From an uncultured Chloroflexia bacterium (lineage in GTDB: Bacteria; Chloroflexota; Dormibacteria; Aeolococcales; Aeolococcaceae): a stretch of 64,000 nucleotides of DNA. Position 1 is the stretch's first letter; the number at the start of each line of letters is the position of its first letter. The notes beneath the pieces are model-generated. The model saw only the letters and a program-made list of their open reading frames with translations, ran no database searches and was not told where the DNA came from. The stretch lies in assembly GCA_963803165.1 (NCBI GenBank), contig CAWDLK010000002.1, forward strand, positions 136,569 to 200,568, read 5' to 3'. A program made the position numbers and the translations under genes. Below are positions 47,180-56,760 of this stretch, one piece after another.

Positions 47180-48481
47180 TCAGGTCCGTCCGCCGGCCGG
47201 ATGCCCGTTGGGAGGGGCCCCCTCAGGCGACGCCGGCAGCCGTCCGCCCGTGGGCGGTCCGGCGGGCGACCCCCTCCCTCCCGAGGGCATCCGCCGCCAG
47301 GCGCCACCCGCGAAGGTGAGGTGCACGTCGCTGATCCGCCGCTCCAGGAAGCCCGCCTCGCAGTACGCGAAGTAGAAGCGCCACATGCGCAGGAACTCCT
47401 CGTCGAGGCCCAGCCGGAGCGCCCGGTCGTGGGCGCCGTCCAGCGCCTCCCGCCAGTGGCGCAGCGTGATCGGGTAGTTGGCGCCGATGTCGTCCAATTC
47501 GACCAGGCGCAGCCCGCTCGCCCGGTTGGCCGCGTCGACCAGGGAGCGGACCGAGGGCAGGAAGCCGCCGGGGAAGATGTAGCGCCGGATGAAGTCCTCC
47601 CGCCAGCGCGCCGCGGACCACTCGCGGTCCTGGATGACGATGGCCTGGAGCACCGCCAGCCCGTCGGGTGCGAGCAGGCGCTCGCAGCAGCGGAAGTACT
47701 CGTCGTAGAGACGCCAGTCGACCGCCTCGATCATCTCCACCGACACCAGCTTCGAGTAGGTGCCGGTGAGATCGCGGTAGTTCTGCTCGAGCACCGTCAC
47801 CCGGTCGGCGAGCCCGGCGGCGACGACGCGATCCCGCGCGTGGACGTACTGCTCGTGCGAGATGGTGGTGGTCGTCACCCGGCAGCCGTACCGCTCGGCG
47901 GCGTGGACGGCCAGCCCGCCCCAGCCGGTGCCGATCTCGAGCAGGTGGTCGTCCCGGTGCAGCCGCAGGTGGTCGCAGACCCGGTCGAACTTGCGCAGCG
48001 ACGCCCGCTCCAGGTCGTCGTCACCGGGCTCGAAGATGGCGCAGGAGTAGGCCATGGTGGGGTCGAGGAACAGCTCGAAGAAGCGGTTGCCGAGGTCGTA
48101 GTGGGCGTGGATGTTGCGCCGGTCCTCGGCACGGGTCGGGCGCTGCGAGCGCAGCCGCGCGGCCAGCTGACGGACGCCGTCGAGCGGAGCCGTCAGCCGG
48201 TTGATCCGGTCGAGGTTGCGCGCCAGGAGGCGCAGGACGCCGGTGAGATCCGGGGTGTCCCAGTGCCCGCGCATGTAGGCGAGCCCGAGCCCGTTGCCAC
48301 CCCCGGCGAGGGCCATCCCCCACATCCGTGGGTCGTGCACCGTCAGCTCCGCTCTCTCGCCACCGTGCCCGAGGACGCTGGCGCCGGAGTCCTCGCGGAC
48401 CATCAGCGTCCCCCCGCGCAGGGCCGAGCCCAGCGCCAGGATCGAGCGCCGTGCCAGCAGGTCCCGCCCCCGAGTGGTCAT
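47180..48481 (-). CDS. cyclopropane-fatty-acyl-phospholipid synthase family SAM-dependent methyltransferase
   Basis: The SAM motif I is LLEIGTGWGGLA, and the CFA/mycolic-acid cyclopropane synthase C-terminal motifs follow (FIRRYIFPGGFLPS...FYFAYCEAGF). The low-complexity 40-aa tail may mean a late frameshift or simply a non-conserved end. Confidence 0.75.
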   Translation of the reverse strand: MTTRGRDLLARRSILALGSALRGGTLMVREDSGASVLGHGGERAELTVHDPRMWGMALAGGGNGLGLAYMRGHWDTPDLTGVLRLLARNLDRINRLTAPLDGVRQLAARLRSQRPTRAEDRRNIHAHYDLGNRFFELFLDPTMAYSCAIFEPGDDDLERASLRKFDRVCDHLRLHRDDHLLEIGTGWGGLAVHAAERYGCRVTTTTISHEQYVHARDRVVAAGLADRVTVLEQNYRDLTGTYSKLVSVEMIEAVDWRLYDEYFRCCERLLAPDGLAVLQAIVIQDREWSAARWREDFIRRYIFPGGFLPSVRSLVDAANRASGLRLVELDDIGANYPITLRHWREALDGAHDRALRLGLDEEFLRMWRFYFAYCEAGFLERRISDVHLTFAGGAWRRMPSGGRGSPAGPPTGGRLPASPEGAPPNGHPAGGRT

Positions 48482-48594
48482 CGGCGCACAAGGTAGCGCA
48501 TCGGCATCCGCCACCACCGCGCGCCGGGAGCCACCCGGGGAGAGCCGCGCCGGCCGTGGTTTGGCGCGGAGCCCCCCTCGGGCAGAATAGGGCC

Positions 48595-49338
48595 ATGGCC
48601 CTCACCGCCCCTGTCATCGATGCCACCGACGCCACCTTCGACACCGACGTCATCGCCGGGTCCCGCGACCGTCCGGTGGTGGTCGACTTCTGGGCCGGCT
48701 GGTGCGCCCCCTGCCGGACCCTCGGCCCGATCCTCGAGGAGGCCGTGACCCGCCACGGCGGCATCACCCTGGCCAAGCTGGACGTCGACGCCAACCCGAT
48801 GACCGCGGCGCGGTTCGGCATCCGGGGCATCCCCGCGGTCAAGGGCTTCCGCGACGGGGGGATGGTGGCCGAGTTCGTCGGGCTCCAGCCGAGGCCGCAG
48901 ATCGAGCGCTTCCTGGCCGGGCTGGCCCCGGCCCCCCCTCCCCCACCGCTTCCGCGGGACGAGGCCGGGCTCCGAGCGGCGCTGCTCGCCCAGCCCGACG
49001 ACCCTGCACCGCGCCGCGTGCTCGGCACCCTGCTCTTCGAGGCCGGCCGCCTGGCGGAGGCCGAGGAGGTGCTCGCCCCCGGCCGCGACGACCCCGTGTG
49101 CGACGGGCTGCGCGCGCGCATCGAGCTCTCCCGGGGCGGCGACCCCGAGCTCGCCGCCCTGGTGCGGGACGGCCAGGGCACGGAGGGGCTGCGGCGTCTG
49201 ATCGCCGCCATCCGGCGGAGCGGCGGGCCGGAGCGGGCGCGGCTCCGCCGGGTCGTCCTGGGCGGCATCGAGGACGAGCGTCAGGCCGACCCGATGGTCG
49301 AGGACCTGCGCGGCGAGCTGGCCTCCGCCCTCTTCTGA
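48595..49338 (+). CDS. thioredoxin-domain protein with C-terminal TPR-like helical extension (YbbN/CnoX-like)
   Basis: The thioredoxin fold has the active site WAGWCAPC. It is followed by an approximately 120-aa helical domain. Confidence 0.7.
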   Translation: MALTAPVIDATDATFDTDVIAGSRDRPVVVDFWAGWCAPCRTLGPILEEAVTRHGGITLAKLDVDANPMTAARFGIRGIPAVKGFRDGGMVAEFVGLQPRPQIERFLAGLAPAPPPPPLPRDEAGLRAALLAQPDDPAPRRVLGTLLFEAGRLAEAEEVLAPGRDDPVCDGLRARIELSRGGDPELAALVRDGQGTEGLRRLIAAIRRSGGPERARLRRVVLGGIEDERQADPMVEDLRGELASALF

Positions 49339-49369
49339 CCGCCGCGCGGGCGTTCCCGTCTGTGCGACA

Positions 49370-50164
49370 TTGGTCACCGCAACAGCCGGAGAGCCCTGCG
49401 AGGGAAGAGCCACGCCACATGTCGCCGACGCGCTCACCGCGGAGACGGTCCGGATTGCCGGCCACGGGGGCGATCGGATCCCCGCCTACCTGGCCGAGCC
49501 CCAGGGCGACGGGCCCTTCGGCGGCGTGGTGGTCATCCACCACATGCCGGGTTGGGACCGATGGAGCAAGGAGGTGGTGCGCACCTTCGCCGCCGCCGGC
49601 TACCTCGCCATCTGCCCGAACCTCCACTTCCGCGAGGGCGGGGACGCCGGCCCGGACGACTCCGCCGCCGCGGTGCGGGCCGCCGGGGGGGTGCCCGACG
49701 AGCGCCTGGTCGGCGACGTCGACGGCGCGGCCCGCCACCTGCGCTCGCTGCCCTCGTCCAACCAGAAGGTCGGCGTCATCGGCTACTGCTCGGGCGGCCG
49801 GCAGGCCTTCCTGGCCGCCTGCAGCCTGCCCCTGGACGCCGCCGTCGACTGCTACGGGGCGGGCGTGACCGGGACCATGCCGGCGCAGTCGCCCTTCAAG
49901 ATGGAGCCGATCATCGGGCTGGCCCCCACCCTCTCCTGCCCGCTGCTCGGGCTCTTCGGGGCCGAGGACCACTTCCCCTCACCCGAGCACGTCGCGGAGC
50001 TGGAAGCCGAGCTGACCCGCCTCGGCAAGCCCCACGAGTTCCATTCCTATGCGAACGCCGGCCACGGCTTCTTCGCCGTCGACCGATCCAGCTACCGCGT
50101 CGAGGCCGCCCTCGAGGGCTGGGCGCGCATCTGGGAGTGGTACGGCCGCCACCTCAGCAGCTGA
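49370..50164 (+). CDS. dienelactone hydrolase family protein
   Basis: DRIPAYLAEP...GVVVIHH...GVIGYCSGG (nucleophile Cys/Ser elbow)...HEFHSYANAGHGF matches DLH-family alpha/beta hydrolases. Confidence 0.7.
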   Translation: MVTATAGEPCEGRATPHVADALTAETVRIAGHGGDRIPAYLAEPQGDGPFGGVVVIHHMPGWDRWSKEVVRTFAAAGYLAICPNLHFREGGDAGPDDSAAAVRAAGGVPDERLVGDVDGAARHLRSLPSSNQKVGVIGYCSGGRQAFLAACSLPLDAAVDCYGAGVTGTMPAQSPFKMEPIIGLAPTLSCPLLGLFGAEDHFPSPEHVAELEAELTRLGKPHEFHSYANAGHGFFAVDRSSYRVEAALEGWARIWEWYGRHLSS

Positions 50165-50181
50165 GCCCGGAGAGACACTCC

Positions 50182-50427
50182 ATGTGCACGTATCAGACCG
50201 AGACCGTCACCGTCCAGGGGAGCGGCAAGGGCGTCCCAGCCTGGTTCCCGCTGACCGAGGCCACCGTCTACTACGACCATCCCCAGCACGCCGCGGCCGA
50301 GCACACCGTCAACCTCGACTTCCTCAATCGCGAGCGCGGTCCCTCGGCTCGGGTGGCCGTCGAGCTCAGCGTCGAGTCGGCGCGGGCGCTCGCCGCGGCC
50401 ATCCTCGCGTCGCTGCCCGCGAGCTGA
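50182..50427 (+). CDS. hypothetical small protein (81 aa)
   Basis: ATG 50182 is preceded by GGAGAG. The sequence MCTYQTETVTVQGSGKGVPAWFPLTEATVYYDHPQHAAAEHTVNLDFLNRE... has protein-like composition. Confidence 0.35.
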   Translation: MCTYQTETVTVQGSGKGVPAWFPLTEATVYYDHPQHAAAEHTVNLDFLNRERGPSARVAVELSVESARALAAAILASLPAS

Positions 50428-50454
50428 CCCACCCCGGTCCGGCCCGGACCGACC

Positions 50455-52623
50455 TCAGGCGCTCCGCCGGAGGGCCGCGCCCTCGCGCGCCGGTGGGTTC
50501 GGGCCCGGCGGGCTGACCCGGCGGAAGCCGTCCCACATCCTGGCTCCCACCTCGCGCGAGAGCAGCTCGCTGACCCCGGCGGCGTCGAGGGCCGCCGCGA
50601 AGTGGAAGCCCTGGGCGAGGTCGCAGTGCAGCTCGCGCAGCTCCTGCAGCTGCGCGTCCTGCTCCACCCCGACCGCCACCAGGCGCAGGTCAAGCGTCCT
50701 GCCCAGCCCGATGATGCCGGCCAGGAACGCGCGCTCGCGCTCGTCGGTCGCCACGTTGTCGACGAACGCCTTGGGGATCTTGAGCGCGTCGACGGGCAGG
50801 AACTTGAGCTCCCCCAGCGAGGAGTACCCGGTGCCGAAGTCGTCGATGGCGAGCGTCACCCCGAGGTCCTTGAGGGCTCGGAGGCGCTCCAGAGTGGTGG
50901 CGGTGTTCTCGACCAGGAGGCTCTCCGTGATCTCAAGGGTCAGCAGCGACGGGGAGAGGTGGGTCTCGCGCAGGACCGCGGCCACCTCCTGGGCGAAGCC
51001 GGGATGGAGGAGCTGGCGCGGCGAGAGGTTGACGCTGACGAGGAGCGGACGCTCGGGACGGTCGGCCATCCAGCGCGCCGCCTGCGCGCACGCGGTGCGC
51101 AGCACCCGGTCGCCGATCTCGCGGATCAGCCCGCTGGACTCGGCGACGGGGATGAAGTCGCGGGGCTCGACCGAGCCGCGGCGAGGGCTGTCCCAGCGAG
51201 CGAGCGCCTCGACCCCGATCATCGTGCCGCTGCCGAGGGCCACGATGGGCTGGTACTCGACATACAGCTCGCCGGCGTCGACCGCGTGCTCCAGGTCGGT
51301 CTTGAACTGGACGCGACTCTCGAGCGCGCTCTGCATGCTGGCGTCGAACGTCTCCACGGTCGCCTTGCCCCGCTCCTTGGCCCGGTACATGGCGACGTCC
51401 GCCTCGCGGAGCAGGTCGTCGTAGGTCATCGACGCGCTCTCGGCGATGGCGATGCCGACGCTCGCCCCGATGGTCACGGCGTTGCCCTGGAGGTCGAAGG
51501 TGGCCGCCAGCTCCTCGAGGAACCGCTCGGCGACGCCGACCGCCTCCTCCGGACCGGCGAGGTCCTCGACGAGGACGGCGAACTCGTCGCCCCCCAGACG
51601 GGCCACCGTGTCGAAGGACCGCACCACCCGGCGCAGCCGCTCGGTCACGCCCTGGAGCAGGAGATCGCCACAGGGGTGCCCCAGGCTGTCGTTGACCACC
51701 TTGAAGTCGTCGAGGTCGATGAAGAGGATCGCGGCACGGAGCCGGCCGCCCGCCACCCGCCGATCGAGGGCGTGGATCACCCGGTCCGCGAAGAGGGCCC
51801 GGTTGGCGAGCCCGGTCAGGGAGTCGTGGAAGGCCTGGTGGTTGATCCGCTCGTCGAGCCGCAGCTTCTCGACGGTCACACCGAGCTGGGGGGCGAGAGC
51901 CTCGAGCAGGCGGCGGTCGTCGTCGTCGAAGCCGCGTGACACACCCCGCCGCCGCCCCACCAGGACGCAGCCGAGGATCCTCCCCTCCACCGACAGCGCC
52001 GCCATGACCGCGTCCCGGAGCCCGCGCCGGCGGAGCAGGCGGTCGCTCTCCTCGGGGCCGGAGCCGTCGCGGAGCACCAGGCTCAGGCTCGTGGGGACGA
52101 TCACCGCGAAGACGTCGGAGAGCAGCTCTCGGTCCAGCGCGGCCGAGGTCTCCATGGTGCGGCCGTCGCAGACCGTGATCACGGCGGCCGCCCTCTCGGG
52201 CGTCTCGGGCAGCACCACCACCTCGGCGAAGGCGGCGTCGAAGATCTGGCAGAGCCGGCCGAGGAGCGCGGGCACCGAGAGCGGCGAGCGCACCGTCTGC
52301 TGGAGCAGGTCCCGGGAGTCCGAGAGGTGCTGGAGGTGGCGGCGGTGGCGGCGCTCCGCGAGGTACGCGGCCGCCACCAGCACGATGCTCGCGGAGAGGG
52401 CGATCAGGAGCAGCACCGCGGGGCTCTCGCTTCCCGCGACCAGCGCCCACACCGCCGTGCCGAGGCACACGGCGGTCAGGGCCGCGGTCACGGCGCGGAG
52501 CTGGCGCGGTCCCGGCCCCCTCAGCTGCGGCGGCCAACGGCCATCGGTGCTCGTCACGTTCCCCACTCTCTGTTCGATAGCGCCTCCAGGACGGCGCCGA
52601 TTCAGAAGGCACCGGCCTCCCAC
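50455..52623 (-). CDS. membrane-anchored GGDEF-EAL protein (diguanylate cyclase/phosphodiesterase) with N-terminal sensor region
   Basis: The GGDEF site is RLGGDEFAVL, and the EAL domain has EITESLL...DDFGTGYSS. N-terminal TM helices are present. The start is uncertain. Confidence 0.8.
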   Translation of the reverse strand: MGGRCLLNRRRPGGAIEQRVGNVTSTDGRWPPQLRGPGPRQLRAVTAALTAVCLGTAVWALVAGSESPAVLLLIALSASIVLVAAAYLAERRHRRHLQHLSDSRDLLQQTVRSPLSVPALLGRLCQIFDAAFAEVVVLPETPERAAAVITVCDGRTMETSAALDRELLSDVFAVIVPTSLSLVLRDGSGPEESDRLLRRRGLRDAVMAALSVEGRILGCVLVGRRRGVSRGFDDDDRRLLEALAPQLGVTVEKLRLDERINHQAFHDSLTGLANRALFADRVIHALDRRVAGGRLRAAILFIDLDDFKVVNDSLGHPCGDLLLQGVTERLRRVVRSFDTVARLGGDEFAVLVEDLAGPEEAVGVAERFLEELAATFDLQGNAVTIGASVGIAIAESASMTYDDLLREADVAMYRAKERGKATVETFDASMQSALESRVQFKTDLEHAVDAGELYVEYQPIVALGSGTMIGVEALARWDSPRRGSVEPRDFIPVAESSGLIREIGDRVLRTACAQAARWMADRPERPLLVSVNLSPRQLLHPGFAQEVAAVLRETHLSPSLLTLEITESLLVENTATTLERLRALKDLGVTLAIDDFGTGYSSLGELKFLPVDALKIPKAFVDNVATDERERAFLAGIIGLGRTLDLRLVAVGVEQDAQLQELRELHCDLAQGFHFAAALDAAGVSELLSREVGARMWDGFRRVSPPGPNPPAREGAALRRSA

Positions 52624-52728
52624 AGGCTACACCATCAGAGCAAACGCACCAAACAACGTGACACGGGCTTCACTGGAACACCACCTCCCCAGGCCGGGAG
52701 GTTGCGACGCCGGCCGGCCCCGGAAGGG

Positions 52729-53595
52729 TCAGCGAGGCCGCGCCGAGGGATCCGGAGCCCGGCCCTCGAGGGCGGCCTCGATGCCGAGGGTGCGCTCGAA
52801 GGCGGCCCAGACGGCGTCGCTGACCACGGTCCGGAGCCGCCCGCGCTCCAGCTCGTACATGGCGGCCGCCGAGGTGCCCCCCGGCGAGGTCACCATGTCG
52901 CGGAGCTCGGCGACGTGGCGCCCGCTGGCCAGGGCGAAGGCGGCGGACCCCTGCATGGTGTCGAGCACCAGCTCGCGGGCGACGTGGCGCGGGAAGCCGA
53001 GGTGGACGGCGGCGTCGGTGAGCGCCTCGATGAACAGGAAGATGTAGGTGGGCCCGCTGCCGCTCACCGCGGTGGCCATGGCCACCTGGCGCTCGTCGTG
53101 GACCTCGAACTCGCGCCCCAGGGCGGAGAGGATGGTCCGGGTCTGGGCCCGGCCGGTGTCCTCCACCGAGGGGGTGGCGAACCACACCGTCACTCCCTGG
53201 CCGATCTGCGCCGGGGTGTTGGGCATGGCCCGGACCAGGGCGGCGTGCTCCAGGCCCTCGCCGAGGGCGTGGGTGCCGGCGCCCGCGGCGATGCTGATGA
53301 CCAGCTGCTCCGGTCGCATCACCGGCCTCAGCTCGGGCATGACCATCCCCAGCATCTGCGGCTTGACCGTGAGCAGGACGATGTCGGCCCCCGCCGCCGC
53401 CTCGGCGTTGCCCGGGGCGGTGTGCACCCCGTGGCGCTCGGCGAGCTCCCGGCGCCTCTCCTCGCGCGGATGGCTGCACGTCACCGCGGCGGCCTCGACC
53501 AGGCCGCGACCGAGCAGGCCGGAGAGCATCGCCTCGGCCATCACGCCGGCACCGACGATGGCGACCCGGGAGCCGTGGAGACTGCTGTCGTCCAT
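52729..53595 (-). CDS. proC: pyrroline-5-carboxylate reductase
   Basis: The Rossmann motif is VAIVGAGVMAEAM. The ProC C-terminal dimerisation domain is present (SPGGTSAAAMYELE). Confidence 0.85.
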   Translation of the reverse strand: MDDSSLHGSRVAIVGAGVMAEAMLSGLLGRGLVEAAAVTCSHPREERRRELAERHGVHTAPGNAEAAAGADIVLLTVKPQMLGMVMPELRPVMRPEQLVISIAAGAGTHALGEGLEHAALVRAMPNTPAQIGQGVTVWFATPSVEDTGRAQTRTILSALGREFEVHDERQVAMATAVSGSGPTYIFLFIEALTDAAVHLGFPRHVARELVLDTMQGSAAFALASGRHVAELRDMVTSPGGTSAAAMYELERGRLRTVVSDAVWAAFERTLGIEAALEGRAPDPSARPR

Positions 53596-53673
53596 GCGAG
53601 CCGGGACGATACAGGGCCGCGCCCCGTTTGCGCTGGCGGCGCTCGACCAGTGGGCCGCCGCGTGGGCCGTGCC

Positions 53674-54738
53674 ATGATCGCCGTGATGCCTGCTCTGCCC
53701 GACGGGCTGGACCAGCCCGCGGCGCCGGACGGCGGGCAGCCATCGCCCGGCCCCGCCGCCCCCTACACCCCCGCGGGGTGGAGCACCTACGCGCCCTACC
53801 CGCCGCCGGCCTCCGGGCAGCCGTCCCCCCATCCGGGCACCGTCTACCCGCCACCCCACCCGGGGACCGTCTACCCGCCACCCGCCTGGGCCGACTGGCA
53901 GCCGCCCACGCCCTCCCCCACTCCCCCTCCGCCGTCGAGGGGTCAGGCGCGCCGCCGGGGCGGGGTGGTGGGGACCCTGATGACGGCCGGGCTCGCCGTC
54001 CTCAAGTACGGAGCGCTCTTCAGCAAGTTCGGGCTCACCGCGGTGACCATGCTGGTGGCGATCGTCGCCTACTCCCTGATCTTCGGCTGGGCCTTCGCGG
54101 TGGGGCTGGTCCTGCTCATCTTCGTGCACGAGATGGGCCACTTCCTCACCTCCCGGGCGTTGGGGGTGCCGATGTCGGCGCCGGTCTTCATCCCCTTCCT
54201 CGGCGCCTTCACCGCGGCCGGCCGGGGGTTCACCAGCAGCCGACGGGTCGAGGCGGTGATCGCCATCGCCGGACCGATCGCCGGATTCGCGGCCACCCTC
54301 GCCCTCTACCTCTGGGCTCTCGCCCAGCCCTTCTACGGCCAGGGGGTGGCCTTCGCGATCTCGCTCAGCTACTTCGGCTTCTTCATCACCCTCTTCAACC
54401 TGGTGCCGATGCTGCCCCTCGACGGGGGCCGCGTAGCCAGCGCCATCAGCCGATGGTTCAATCTGGCCGGGCTCGTCATCCTCGGCGCCCTGCTGGGCAG
54501 CCAGCTGGCCGGCGCCACGGTGGTCAACCCCATCCTCATCCTCATCTTCCTGGTGGGCTGCTACTCGGTCTGGGGCCGGTTCCGGTCCGCCCGGATGGGC
54601 ACCGAGGCGCCCCAGCTGCCGGTGCGCACCCGGGTGGTGATCGGCGCCGCCTACGTCGGCCTGGTGGCGCTGAGCGCGCTGCTGATGAGCCTGAGCCTGG
54701 GCTGGCTCACCGCGCATCAATTCATCCAGGTGAGCTGA
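53674..54738 (+). CDS. site-2 protease family (M50) membrane metalloprotease with Pro-rich N-terminal region
   Basis: HEMGHFL is the HExxH motif. The second zinc ligand region is LVPMLPLDGG. There are 6 or more TM helices and an N-terminal PHPGTVYPPP x2 repeat. Confidence 0.65.
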   Translation: MIAVMPALPDGLDQPAAPDGGQPSPGPAAPYTPAGWSTYAPYPPPASGQPSPHPGTVYPPPHPGTVYPPPAWADWQPPTPSPTPPPPSRGQARRRGGVVGTLMTAGLAVLKYGALFSKFGLTAVTMLVAIVAYSLIFGWAFAVGLVLLIFVHEMGHFLTSRALGVPMSAPVFIPFLGAFTAAGRGFTSSRRVEAVIAIAGPIAGFAATLALYLWALAQPFYGQGVAFAISLSYFGFFITLFNLVPMLPLDGGRVASAISRWFNLAGLVILGALLGSQLAGATVVNPILILIFLVGCYSVWGRFRSARMGTEAPQLPVRTRVVIGAAYVGLVALSALLMSLSLGWLTAHQFIQVS

Positions 54739-54833
54739 GAGAGGACACCTCGACCTCGGCTCCGCGGCCACCCTGCCTATAGTTGGGCGGTGAGTGCGAG
54801 CCCCGCCCGCCACGGGCGCGGCGGAGGAGGCTG

Positions 54834-55322
54834 ATGGCATCTCAGGATCCGGAGGAGGTGCTCCGCACCCTCGAGGAGCAGGAGCGCCGCCTCGTCCTCC
54901 CGAGCCTCGGCCACGACGACGCCTGGCGTCTCGGCATGCTCCTGGTCGAGCTCGCCCGCAAAAGGAACGCACCGGTCGCCATTGACATCCATTGCGGCGT
55001 CCAGCAGCTCTTCCACTCTGCGCTGCCCGGCTCGAGCGCGGACAACGACGCCTGGATCGACCGCAAGCGGCGGGTCGTCGAGCGGTACGCGGAGAGCTCC
55101 CGCCTGGTGGGCGAGCGCTTCCGGGTCCGGGGCTCGACGTTCGAGGAGTCCTCGCGGCTCGACCCCGACCGCTACGCGGCGCACGGAGGGTCGTTTCCGC
55201 TGCGCCTGAGCCCTGGCGGCCCGGTCGTCGGGGCCGTCACCGTCTCCGGACTGCCCTCGGCCGAGGACCACCAGCTGATCGTCGAGGCGCTCGAGCGGTA
55301 CCTCGGACCCGGGGCTCCGTAG
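54834..55322 (+). CDS. hypothetical protein, possibly UPF0303 / heme-degrading-domain (GlcG/DUF336-like) family
   Basis: The assignment of this 162-aa soluble protein is a family guess from memory of UPF0303 length and motifs. Confidence 0.35.
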   Translation: MASQDPEEVLRTLEEQERRLVLPSLGHDDAWRLGMLLVELARKRNAPVAIDIHCGVQQLFHSALPGSSADNDAWIDRKRRVVERYAESSRLVGERFRVRGSTFEESSRLDPDRYAAHGGSFPLRLSPGGPVVGAVTVSGLPSAEDHQLIVEALERYLGPGAP

Positions 55323-55373
55323 CGGGGCACCTCCGGCCTCGACCACCGGCGGCTGGGGCTGACGAGGGGCGGC

Positions 55374-55775
55374 TCAGCCCTCGACGAAGGAGAGCCGCAC
55401 CTGGCGGTGGGGATTGTCCCGGTTGAGGCTGACCAGCACCAGGCGCTGCCAGGTCCCGAGCAGCATCCGCCCGGCCGCGACCGGGATGGTCAGCGTGGGC
55501 GAGACCAGCGCCGGCAGGAGGTGGTCGGCGCCGTGGCCCGGGCTGCCATGCCGGTGCCGGTAGCGGGTGTCGCGGGGGAGCAGCCGCTCCAGGGCCTCCA
55601 GCAGGTCGGGCTCGGAGTCGGCGCCCGTCTCCATCAGCACCACCCCGGCGGTGGCATGGGGGGCGAAGACGCTGAGCAGCCCGTCCCCCTCTCCCCGGAC
55701 AAAGCGCGCCGCCTCCCCGGTGATGTCGAGGATCGCCACCCGGCTCATGTCGACGTCGACCAGGGTGGTGCGCAC
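55374..55775 (-). CDS. YjbQ/UPF0047 family protein (secondary thiamine-phosphate synthase-like)
   Basis: AILDITGEAARFV...GLLSVFAPHATAGVVLMETGADS...HGSPGHGADHLLPALVSPTLTIPV matches YjbQ. The start was taken at the GTG 9 codons upstream of M (55775). Confidence 0.6.
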   Translation of the reverse strand: MRTTLVDVDMSRVAILDITGEAARFVRGEGDGLLSVFAPHATAGVVLMETGADSEPDLLEALERLLPRDTRYRHRHGSPGHGADHLLPALVSPTLTIPVAAGRMLLGTWQRLVLVSLNRDNPHRQVRLSFVEG

Positions 55776-55780
55776 CGCGG

Positions 55781-56701
55781 TCAGCCGGCGGTCGGGCTGG
55801 CGCTCGCCGACCCCGTCCCGGCCTCGCACTCGGGGAACGGGAAGCGGATGCTGTTGAGCAGGTTCTCGAAGATGGTGTAATCGGCGGCGGCCGAGTAGTT
55901 GATCTCGATGTCGAGGGTGAAGCTCGACGAGAGCGTGACCCGGTACTGGGCAAAGTCGGCGAGCCGGGTCACCGTCGCGCCCCCCGCGTCCGCGGCGGCC
56001 TGGGGTGAGGGCGCCGGGCTCGCCGCGTACTGGACCAGCGTGCCGGTGTAGCCGCAGGCCACCACCTCGGAGTCGCTGGACACCGGGCTGTAGCCGGTCA
56101 GGCCGGCCGCGCCGAGCGCGCTGAGGCTCGCCGCCGACCGGACCGCGAGGGTGGCGAGGTCGCTCCCCGACTGGGGGCGGAAGAGCACCTCCCCGGGGTC
56201 GTCCGCGTAGGTCCAGCCGGTCGGGAAGAGGATGCCGTCGATCTCCTTGTCCTGGAAGCCGACCGCGCTGAGGACCCCGCTGGCGGTGTAGGTGGGATCG
56301 GCGATGACCCAGCCGCTGACGGTCGCGCCCTGGACGTCGTACCAGCCCCCGGGCGCCGAGGAACCCGGCCAGGGCCCGCCGTTCGACTTGTAACTGAGCA
56401 CGGTGAGCGTGACCCCCCAGGCCGCCGTCCCCTCCACCGACGCCGTGAGCGACGCCGAGCTGTGGATGCGCAGCCCGTCCTGGACGAGCACGGTCCGCTC
56501 CCCGCTCGTCTGAGGGGCGGCCGAGCCGGAGGCCGCGGGGGTCGCCGTCACCGTGCCGCTGATCCCGGCTCCCGGAGGCTGGGTGGCGACGCCGGTGCCG
56601 TTCGACGACGCGGTCGACGAGAGGACGCTGCATCCGCTCAGGGTGGCGGCGGCAGCGGCCGCCGCCAGCGCGGCGATGGCGCGGGACCGGACAGCATCCA
56701 T
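55781..56701 (-). CDS. putative secreted lipoprotein
   Basis: The signal peptide and lipobox read AAAAAAATLSGC|S, and the mature protein is Ser/Thr/Gly-rich. Confidence 0.5.
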   Translation of the reverse strand: MDAVRSRAIAALAAAAAAATLSGCSVLSSTASSNGTGVATQPPGAGISGTVTATPAASGSAAPQTSGERTVLVQDGLRIHSSASLTASVEGTAAWGVTLTVLSYKSNGGPWPGSSAPGGWYDVQGATVSGWVIADPTYTASGVLSAVGFQDKEIDGILFPTGWTYADDPGEVLFRPQSGSDLATLAVRSAASLSALGAAGLTGYSPVSSDSEVVACGYTGTLVQYAASPAPSPQAAADAGGATVTRLADFAQYRVTLSSSFTLDIEINYSAAADYTIFENLLNSIRFPFPECEAGTGSASASPTAG

Positions 56702-56760
56702 CCTGTGAAGGTTAACGGTGCGGACGGAGGCCGGTTATCGCCGGGCCGCCACGGCGGCGA